DNA of 32,279 nucleotides from contig NC_068987.1 of the NCBI RefSeq assembly GCF_001194135.2, positions 42,814,560 through 42,846,838 on the forward strand. Reading direction: 5' to 3'. Within the stretch, counting starts at the first letter, position 1. Each line of letters begins with the position of its first letter. The notes below the pieces were generated by a model. The model saw only the letters and a program-made list of their open reading frames with translations, searched no databases and had not been told where the DNA came from. The translations under genes were made by a program, and so were the position numbers. This document shows, piece after piece, positions 11,920 through 21,432 of the stretch. This DNA is from Octopus bimaculoides. Taxonomy: Eukaryota.

Positions 11920-12660
11920 ATTTTCTACTGATAACTTTTTCCAGTTATCTCTCCCTCTCCTCTGATATGCATCTCTGAGATACATCTTGTCTTTAACACC
12001 TCTCTTATCTCCTATCATTCTCATCACCCTTGTCATAGCAGCCATCAATAACCTCTCCAACCTTTGTCTTCTATTTATTAGGGTCACTCCAACCTCTGAT
12101 CTCTATTACTGTACATCTCTCTCTTTGCGATTTACCTTTTCCCTATTCTCCCTCCCTGTACATCATCTCTATATTTTCTGATCTACCTACAGGCTCTTCC
12201 TGTACTGTGACTTATCTCCTCCTTCCTGAGCTACTCTGATCTTTACCCCCACCCCGCCCCATCTCTAACTATCTGTCACTCTGAACTTATCTATCCACTC
12301 ACACCTCTCCATCTTCAGTTCATATTCTCTCTTATAGTCTGTTGACACTACCAGCATTGTCTTCTTTCTGTCTGTCTGTCATACTTTAGTCCTCAACATC
12401 TGACATAAAGCCACCTTTCCATCTCTACTGCTACCACACTCAGTTAAGGAGGCTTTTCTTTTCTTGTGATGTTATTTGGTGACCTTTGTAATACCATGAA
12501 AAAAGCAACCAGTAAACTCACATTAAGTGATTGTCATTAGGAAAGATATCCATCTGTAGAAACCATGTCAAAGCAGACATTAGAGCTTAGTGCAGTCCTC
12601 TGGCTCATTCGATCCTGTCAAACCACCCAATCCATCCCATCAATGGAGGACAGACATTAA
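11920..12660 (+). mobile_element. Second copy of the 9915-10640 repeat, opposite orientation
   Basis: CT-rich body plus RTE-type tail ending ...cagacattaaaaaaaa; by-eye alignment to the reverse complement of 9915-10400. Confidence 0.7.
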
Positions 12661-13053
12661 AAAAAAGCAAAAATTGTAATGTGTGAAACAAAATAAATCA
12701 GGTATGAAACTGCACAAGTGCTAATTTGGTTACTGTATCTCATCTGCTAAGTGACCACATAGAAACATATTGGTTTGACCGATTTACTTTCTTTTTGGCT
12801 AGATGAAACTAGATCTGTAGTATTAAATGTCATCCTTAGTGAAATATTGGTGTGACTGCTGTGAGACATGAGCCACAGGCCAGTAGTCAAATACGTGAAT
12901 ATAACAAAGACATTCCATCTTCCTAAAGATGTCTTTTTAAATGAAGATCCTGACAATATTAGAAGTGACATTAATGAAGGTAATAATGTTGATGACAATA
13001 TTAAAGTGGGGAATGATAATTCTTGTTTTGTTTTCTCTTATTTTCAAACGTAG

Positions 13054-13226
13054 GTGTCAATGGAAGCTTATCAACTTCCAACAATACATGTGAAGTAGAA
13101 AAGACTTTAGGTATTGAGGCTGCTCGCACTACAATAATTGAAGAGATTGTCTACACCATGGTCAACCATGGCATGAGTATTGATATCCGACATGTGATGC
13201 TTCTTGCTGACCTGATGACTTGCAGA
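13054..13226 (+). CDS. POLR3A: POLR3A exon ([58 protein letters not shown])
   Basis: cgtag acceptor, aga|gtaagt donor, 173 nt, phase 1/0; LGIEAAR and [11 protein letters not shown] are hallmark motifs of RNA polymerase largest subunits. Confidence 0.98.
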
Positions 13227-14384
13227 GTAAGTGGCTTCTCGTTTCTTCAATGGAATGCTTCCTCCTTTTTTTCAATCTTTTTTTAAAAACAATAACTTCA
13301 TTTTTCTATAATGAAACATTTTTCTTATTCACAGTTGATAATTTGATTCTGTTGCGATTCTGGCCCTGTGTAAAAAATTTTAATCTTGCTTCAATCTTGT
13401 CGTTAAGCAAGGTAAATAACTCTGTGTTAATTTGGCTGAGTAACAATAAAAGGTTCTACTTTGAGCAGTCAAGTCTAAAAACGTTTCACACTGCAAAATC
13501 ACCCTACTTTGTGTAACATTAAAAAATGTATCTAAAATAACCAAAGAGAGTGATCTACCCAGTTAAATTTATATCTTCAGTCATTATATTGTGCTTGGGA
13601 GCAAGGTAGATAACTCTCTCTGACTCAGTGTTTGCCTAACAAAAACACGTTCGACTTTTGGTGAACAATGAAGGAAGAATTCCAGCTCTAAAAACGTTGA
13701 TTCCAACAAAATCACCTCTGCTGTATGTAGCTTTGAGAAAATGTGTATGCATGCATAAAGAACAATCATTTAAAGATAGCGATCTTTCCAGCTGATATCA
13801 ACAATAATGAAAATGTTTTTAATTTGAAACAAATTTTTGCTGTATATTTTGTGTATGAGAAATCCAAACATTTCAAATTGCTCTTTTATATTTGAAATGT
13901 TTGTACATCCAGTTTTCCATGATTGTATTGCTGGATAGTTCTCAGACTATTGATGTTTGAACTGTTGGAATGTATATTTTACAACAGTTATCATTTACCT
14001 CCCTTCTTTAAATATGTTAACACTAACTTAAATATCAAAGAATAATGTGTTCTTGGAATATTTCTATTTTCCACCATGACTGCAAATGTATATTTAATTT
14101 GTGATTCTCTTATCAATACTTTTACAAGCATGGGAAAAACTGAAACTTTACTGAGAAGCCCAGAAGCCCTACTAAGACTGAAATTTGTGTAGCTGGCTCC
14201 CTCATTTCCTGAAATAATATTAGTCAATGACTAATATTGACTTTCCTTCACATAATGTTGTCTACTTTGCTTTTTGATGGTCCCTGAATTAAATATGTTA
14301 ACACAAACTCGACTGTTTCAGTCATAACGTTTATGTTTGTCCTTTAATTAGGTTGACCTCCCATTATCTTTATTTTTGCGATAG

Positions 14385-14760
14385 GTAAAGACATAACTGT
14401 GTGATTAAGTAACTTGCTTTCCAATTATGTAGATTTAGGTCCAGCCCCACTGTGCAGCACCTAGGTCAAGTGTCTCTTTCAGTCTTGTGAGTGGTTTCAG
14501 TTGACAGAAACTGAAGAAACCTGTTTTACATATATATATATATATGAGTGTGCATATGTGTTTGTCACAATGTCACATGACAAGCAGATGATGATATTCA
14601 TTTCCAGTCTTCTGTGAAGAAGGTATCAAGCCAAGAGGAAATATTAGTTAACTTGGAAACAGGTGAGGGTTGGCAACAGGAAGAAATTCTGCTTCAAGGA
14701 ATTCCATCTTTTCATTCTTGCATTGAAAGGTGGACTTTAAAACAATGATGATAATGATGA
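14385..14760 (+). mobile_element. SINE of a second family, with internal microsatellite and (GAT)n tail
   Basis: Head ctgtgtgattaagtaacttgcttt...ccactgtgcagcacctaggtcaagtgtc; body matches 15440-15695. Confidence 0.7.
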
Positions 14761-15043
14761 TTTTGACATGTTAGCAGGATTTTTACAGGTTTGAACATTT
14801 GCTTATTGTTGGAGAAGATATTTTAGAATTTAGATATTTTTTCTATTACTAACCACTCAGTTGTAATTATATGAATAATACTTGTTAATAATTTATTGTG
14901 GGAAGTATCGGGCCTTGTTTATTTCTACAAGAGCAGTATTATTTATGGAGTAATTTTTGTGTTTTTCTTGATTTGTCTTTGGTATATTTTTTTAAGTCTT
15001 TCTATTATATTTCATATTGTATTTTTTTTAAAAACCTAACTAG

Positions 15044-15112
15044 GGTGAAGTACTTGGTATCACAAGATTTGGATTAAGCAAGATGAAAGAAAGTGTCCTA
15101 ATGCTTGCTTCT
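15044..15112 (+). CDS. POLR3A: POLR3A exon (GEVLGITRFGLSKMKESVLMLAS)
   Basis: ctaactag acceptor, tct|gtaagt donor, 69 nt, phase 0/0; near-invariant region H sequence. Confidence 0.98.
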
Positions 15113-15269
15113 GTAAGTTTAAAATTTCTGTTTCTATTAAGAATTGTGAGTTTTGAAAAGTAATTGTATTTGTAAAACCTTTGGAAGCATGTGATTTGTG
15201 GAACTTGCAAATATTTTATTGAATGTATATATGTATATCCATCTATCCATCTATCCATGCATGCATGCA

Positions 15270-15304
<35 letters not shown>

Positions 15305-15306
<2 letters not shown>

Positions 15307-15855
15307 TTGGCCTTGTGATTAAAAAGTTCATTTCCTAAACACATTGTTTCAGCTTCAGGCTTACTGTGTGTCACCTTGACAAAAAGCATTGTGAATAAAT
15401 TTGGTAGACAGCAACTAAAAAAAGCTGGTCATATAAATCTGTGTGTGTGTGTGAATCTTTGACTTGATATCACAAGATAGTTATAAATGAATGTCACCAT
15501 CATACAAGAAGTGTCTCTCATTTTCAGTCTTCTGTTGAAGCATGTTTGACTGTGGGGAATTATTACCTTGCTTGGCATCAGAAACAGATGAAGGTTGGTA
15601 ACAGGAAGGGCATCTGGAGCTGTAGTAAATCTGCCTCGATAAATTCCATCTGACTCGTACAAGCATAGGAGAGTGAATGTTAAAATGATGATGGCACAGT
15701 GGGTTTTGTACTGGTTCTGCCAACCAAATTCATTCACAAAGCATTTATTGGGCTGGGGGAATACATCAAGACACTTGACCAAAGGTGCCACACAGTGGGA
15801 CCAAACTTGGAATTACACGGTTGTAAAACAAGCTTCTTAACCACACAACTATGCA
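15305..15855. mobile_element. SINE (+, 15305-15695) followed by an inverted SINE head (-, 15696-15855)
   Basis: 15696-15855 is the reverse complement of the family head (aaccaaattcattcacaaagc...gacacttgaccaaaggtgccacacagtgggac). Confidence 0.7.
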
Positions 15856-16435
15856 TTGAGGTATTGTGTGGTCATGTAATATTTTCACTATTCACTAGGT
15901 CTTTACCCATTACTATGCTGCCAATGAAAATATTTGTTAATCATGCACGTACCTTTTTATAGTAGACTGTTATATAGTGAAAGCTTCGTTACTTACTATG
16001 CTGACAACACTCTACTTATCTAGCTATCTTTCACACACACACACACACACACATACACACACACACACACACATACACACACACACTCTCTCTCTCTCTC
16101 ACTGTATTTCTCTTTCAGTAACAACCTTCTTTTTTTTTTTTATGTTGAGTGGAAGGACGTTCATGGTAAACCAGCTGTTTACTCTCATTGTTAATTTTGT
16201 TACACAAACATGAATGTCACAAGCACTCATTTTCCTTTCCTGAGACCTGAGATCAAGCTAAAGCTAATTTCTAGTTCTTTTAAGTGAATGATTATTTCAA
16301 CATAATTGTTTCCATATCACCTTCCTTCTGCTGGAGGCTTTATAAACAAAAACAAAATGTAAATTTTTCAGTTGTGTGTGTGTGTGTGTGTGCTTATGAA
16401 ACAATAACTTTGAGTTTGTTTTTGTTCTTTTCTAG

Positions 16436-16499
16436 TTTGAAAAAACTGCTGATCATCTATTTGAAGCAGCTTTCCATGGACAAAAAGATGCCATCACAG
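16436..16499 (+). CDS. POLR3A: POLR3A exon (FEKTADHLFEAAFHGQKDAIT-G)
   Basis: ttctag acceptor, g|gttagt donor, 64 nt, phase 0/1; FEKTADHLF is typical of RPC1. Confidence 0.98.
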
Positions 16500-16694
16500 G
16501 TTAGTTCTTGCCTTTTTTGTTGAACCTGATGTACTAGACACCTGCACAACTACAAACCTTTAATTAATCACATTTAAACCTCATCCTTAAATTGATGGGA
16601 GATTTTTTGTCACATTCAGCACTGTGCTGGGAATAGTTAAAGGCCTATGAAAATGAATTTTATGAGATAATATAATACAGCTTATTATATTCTT

Positions 16695-17620
16695 TTCTAC
16701 TCTAAGCACAAGGCCCAACATTTTGGGGGAGGGGGTCAGTTGATTAGATTGACTCCAGTATGCAACTGGTACTTAATTTATCGATCCCGAAAGGATGAAA
16801 GGCAATTTGAATTCAGAACATAAAGATAAGCAAAACGCTGCTAAGCATTTCGCAGAAACACCAATAATCTTGGTCCTTTGACAGCTCCACTGTGTGGCTC
16901 ATTCCCATATCTTCCTGGATTTTCCTCTTCCTTAAGTTATATATAAGTCAAAAGTCTATAATTCATAAGTATGCCAGGCAAAATGCTTAATGGCATTTTG
17001 CCCATCTTAACATTCTGAGTTCAAATTCTGCTGAGGTTGGCTTTGCTTTTCAACTTTTCAGGGTCGATAAATGAAGTACCAGTGAAACATTGGAGTTGAT
17101 TGACATGATTGACTAGTCCCCTCCCCCAAAATTTCAGGCCTTGTGCCTTCAGTAGAAAGGATTATTATTATCATTAATAATAATAATGTGGTGAGCTGGC
17201 AGAATTGTTAGCACACTGGGAAAAATGCTTAGTGACATGTTTATGTTCTGTATTCAAATTCCACCAAGGTTGACTGTCTTTGCCTTTCATCCTTCTAGGG
17301 TTGATAAAATAAGTACTAACTGAGAACTAGGGTTGATATAATTAATTTACCCCCTCCTCTGCAGTTACTGGCCTTGTACCAAAAATTTGAAACTATTATT
17401 ATTTTTTAAATCATTAACTTACTGGGAAAAATGCTTAGTGTTATATTGTCTGTCTTTACCTTCTGAATTCAAATTCCACTGAGGTTGACTTTGCTGTTCA
17501 TCTTTTGTGGGTTGATAAAATAAGTACCAGTGGAGCACTGGGGTCAATGTAATCAGCTAGCCCCTTCCCCAAAATTTCAGGTTTTGTGCCTATGGTAGAA
17601 AGGATTTATTATTATTATTC
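16695..17620. mobile_element. Cluster of four tRNA-SINE copies: one minus (about 16695-16855), three plus (about 16965-17180, 17186-17400, 17420-17620)
   Basis: Each repeats aaaatgcttag...gttcaaatt...gaggttg.ctttgc.tttca.c.tt...gggt.gataaa.taagtac; (att)n tails between plus copies. Confidence 0.85.
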
Positions 17621-17649
17621 ATGGTATGCACAAATGTGTTGCACTTAGA

Positions 17650-18000
17650 GTCAATGTCCTTGACACTGGGCCACAGCCAGTTTCCTTATATACCAAGAAC
17701 CTTTCTTACAATCATTGCTGTTCTCGATAGAGCAGATTTCTGTAGTTACAGCAATCTCAATAAGGAAACTACCAAGTCTGCTGGTGGTGGTACCTAGAAC
17801 ACCTATAGCTACTGGGATTACTTTTGTAGAAACCCTCCATAGTCATTGCATTTGACTACTACATTCATGTCTGCAGATATAGCCACATCTATGATGATGC
17901 ACTTTTTTTCCCTTGTCCAGATCAATAATATCTGGTTGCATTGCTTGAAGTTTATGAACAGTTTGTACAGTAAAGTCCCATAAGACCTGAAACGGACTGT
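17650..18000 (-). mobile_element. 3' fragment of a non-LTR retrotransposon with a restriction-like endonuclease (R2/R4/NeSL-type)
   Basis: Minus strand: VLWDFTVQTVHKLQAMQPDIIDLDKG / KCIIIDVAISADMNV / KVIPVAIGVLGT...RKVLGI, across frameshifts and a deletion; matches the PD..D RLE motif pattern. Confidence 0.8.
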
Positions 18001-18589
18001 TTTCTGTTACACTCTCTAGTTGATGTTAGTATCATTTTCTGCCTGTTTCAAATCCTTTTGCCCTAGTATTTTCCCAGTGTATGTCTTGGTCTCTCAGCTG
18101 TGTCTGCATCTTTTTTCCTTCTGTGACAAAGGACTACAGGAGCTTATATGCATAACAGATTCTACATTCTCATCACATACTCTGCACTTAGCACTTTTAA
18201 CATGGGTTGCCCAGCTGGAGAGCTGCCTAGACTCCATTTGTCTGTTTTGGCATGGTTTCTATGGCTGGATGCCTTTGTTAATGCCAACCACTTTATAGAG
18301 GGTACTGGATGCTTTTATGTGACACCAGCACAGGTGCTTTACTTGTGTGGAACCTCAGGCAAGTGTCTTCTACTATAGCCCTAGGCCAACCAAAGACTAA
18401 TGAATGGATTTGGAAGACAGAAACTAAAAGAAGCTAGTCAGATATATGTCTAATTTCCCATTTACTTTGCTTTTGTCTAACTTCTCTTTGCAGTATCCTT
18501 TCTGTTCAATCCTTAATACATACATGTAGTGCAACGTACACCCTGTTTGTTTACTGGATTGTAAAAAATATTCCTTCAATATTCTTGTT

Positions 18590-18800
18590 CCACTCTTAAT
18601 TCTATCTCTACTCTTTCTCTATCTCCTTCCATCTCTACTCTTACTCTATCTCTTTCTCCACTCTTACTCTTTCCACCCTTGCTTGCCTCCCTTGCACCTT
18701 TCTCTTCTCTCTCTATCTCCCCTTCATACTCTCTCTCTCCCCATCTACTCTTACTGTCTCTTTCTCCATTCTTACCCTCTCATTCTGCCCTCGCTTGCCT
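18590..18800. repeat. CT-rich low-complexity tract with an imperfect direct duplication
   Basis: ccatct(ct)actcttact.t(at)ctctttctcca.tcttac...gcttgcct occurs twice. Confidence 0.7.
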
Positions 18801-19100
18801 ACCATGTGACTGATGTCCCGCAAAGGCAAGAGCTGGCGGCCAAGGCAGACTGTCACCACACCCATGCACATTTTTTTTTTTTTCCTACAGAAAACTATGT
18901 TTCTGGTTACAGAGATTCTGAATCTGTAAAAAAATTGGCATTTCAAAATTACAATTTTACCACCCCATCCGCCCCCACCCCCAATTTCCTCATTTCTTTT
19001 TTCAGAACTTCTTTTGGTGAAATACGAGGAAAAATATGGAGATTATGATTCTGAAAAAAAGAATTTTTTTTTTAATTTTCAATTTTTCAAGAAAAAAATA

Positions 19101-19176
19101 NNNNNNNNNNNNNNNNNNNNNNNNNNNNNNNNNNNNNNNNNNNNNNNNNNNNNNNNNNNNNNNNNNNNNNNNNNNN
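19101..19176. other. Assembly gap; other gaps at 21433-22160, 23126-23572 and 30592-30612
   Basis: Runs of N; the poly-X ORFs in the track are artefacts of these gaps. Confidence 1.
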
Positions 19177-20918
19177 TTTTCAACCTGCACATTAAATAAG
19201 CCTTCAAGCAGTCTTTCCACATGCCAGAAATAACAGCCAAATCTCCGAGAAACTCTTTTTGGCACACACCTACATACTTTGTAGGCATTCCTACACAAGA
19301 GTGCCCCCTCGACTTCTTTTCCTTGCATCTTTCAGAAAAATGGATATTTTTAAATAAAATTTCCTAAATATATGCTTCATATGGTGAAGATTCTGATTAT
19401 ATTGAAATTGAAATTCTGAAATGGCAATCTTTTTTAGAGACTTGGAGTCTCTGTAGCCAAAAACATAGGTTTTTGCAGAAGAAAAAGAAAATCAAAAGGT
19501 GTGTGGTGATTGTCCGCCTTGTCCACCTTTTTTTCTTATGTTGTATATAGCTGTAAGGCTTCATGCTATTATATATGTATAATATTTTGTCTGTTGTATG
19601 TATATAATGTCTTGTTTGTTTCTGTTTTAGTACACATTTACTAGCTTTTTCCCAGTAGCTTGATAAAAAGCACTGGTGCTGCAATATTGAGCAGTATCAA
19701 TTGTAATTGGTGCAAAACTGTTACGATATCTTGCATCGTTGACTGATGAGGAAAACTCAGCTGCAAATATTCTGTGTATTGTGTCTTTGTCTAATTTCGT
19801 CTCTGTTAAGTTTTCATCTAGTTTCCCGTTTGCTCTGCTTTTGTTTAACTTCTCCTTGTTGTAGTCTTATCTAGGACCAACATTACTTAGTGTATCTCCT
19901 TTTTCATAAGACTGTTGATGATTTGAGGGTGGTTTGGCCATGATTTCTGACAAGTCAAGCGATCGTATAGAGAATCTCCCATTGTCACTGCTTTGTAGAT
20001 TGCCACAATCTGTTATCCTTTGCTAAATCTATGTTAGGAAGATGACAGCTGATTTACTCCTTTTTATACCAAAGCTGTCTGAGACAGCTCTTGCTTCTAT
20101 GATTACAAACTTTCTGCTTTAAAGTATTCTAAATTATAACTTTCCATTAAAATTTTCCGTTAATTTGTGTTCCAAACAAATAACAATTATTTTACTAAAT
20201 TTTTCCTTATTTTCAAAATTAATTGCAATAAAGGTAGTAAATTTCAACAGGTTAAATATCATTTCAATCATAGAAAGATATTTAATTTGAAGTTTTAGGA
20301 CTTGAAGTAATTATTGCCCACTCACTTCCGCCAAAATTGAAGAGAGGTTTGAAAGGTTTGTTGATTGGTTGTTATATTAAGCAGGTCAAGCAACTAATCT
20401 CTGGCTTGACAATGTTATTTGCTGTTTAGCTTTCAGCTAGTATGAGAGAGTAGACTCATGATAAAAAGCATTCCAGCCATGACCGTCAAAACTTCATTTC
20501 AAGTATCACATACCTTTGACAACACTATCTAATGCGTTCTTTCTTTTTAAGCTAGTACTTTGAATTGAAGGAGATTTGGCTGCTATTTCTAGCTGGTCAA
20601 CAACCATGTAGAGGCTCCCTTGCTGGCTCAATATTCTTGGTAGTGGCAGTGATGGGGATGGTAGTAGTGATGATTGCAGTGGTGGTGATGATAATAGTAG
20701 AAGTGATGATGGTGATGTTTATAGTAGTAGTTGTGCATACTGGGTTGATTGCAGTTAGTCCTTTATTCCTTTATGTTTTTGTTGTTGTATTGACAGCAAG
20801 AGAAGGGTGTTTTTTTAGTAGCACAATATGTCTCTGCATGCAGCTAATGTGTGTTCAGTGTTGTACCTTGCCAAAGATGTCTGTATAATGTATATAATGT
20901 AACTTCTTGTCATTACAG

Positions 20919-20988
20919 GAGTCAGTGAATGTATCATTATGGGAATCCCAATGAGTATTGGAACTGGAATATTTAAACTACTTTACAG
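20919..20988 (+). CDS. POLR3A: POLR3A penultimate coding exon ([24 protein letters not shown])
   Basis: cattacag acceptor (phase 1); [16 protein letters not shown] motif; ends at tac ag|atatcctttt, a U12-type donor (phase 2). Confidence 0.96.
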
Positions 20989-21389
20989 ATATCCTTTTGA
21001 TTATTTGAATTACATCAATTGGGCATGTCTTTGATTTCACGGTGTGTTTGTTTGTTTGTGTGTGTGTGTCTGTGTGTAAGACAGGGAGTTGGTAGGTAAT
21101 GCATTATATTTTAGAATGTATTTGAAAGAGTGAAAATCTTGGATATAAAAGAATTAGGATGTATATATATATATATACGCACACACACACACATAGATAT
21201 ATAAATGTGAGTGTGTAGAGAGTGACAGACAAACATATAAATAGAAAGACAGATATACATTTCACACTTTGTACGCAATATTTGTATCCTTCTTTCTTAC
21301 ACATGCCCACTTATGCACACACACACACATATATATGTCTTAATTCTTTTATATCCAAGATTTTCCCACCGTTCCACTTATGCACACAT

Positions 21390-21432
<43 letters not shown>

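Noticed and set aside
14216-14238. Palindrome aatattagtca-a-tgactaatatt
   Set aside because: An 11-bp AT-rich stem is within chance expectation; no supporting context.
18493-18520. GTATCCTTT and TCCTTAAT (U12-like donor and branch) in the upstream intron
   Set aside because: Under 20 nt apart, no coding exon before them, the 20918 acceptor has no U12 branch site, and such 8-9-mers are expected by chance in 32 kb of AT-rich DNA.
19740-19770. CTGATGAGGAAAAC, second hammerhead-like core
   Set aside because: No stem II between CTGATGA and GAAA, and no GAAA after the alternative short hairpin.
20565-20888. Val/Met-rich ORF; likewise His/Thr-rich and Val/Met-rich ORFs at 30997-31323
   Set aside because: Translations of trinucleotide microsatellite tracts with no splice or homology support.
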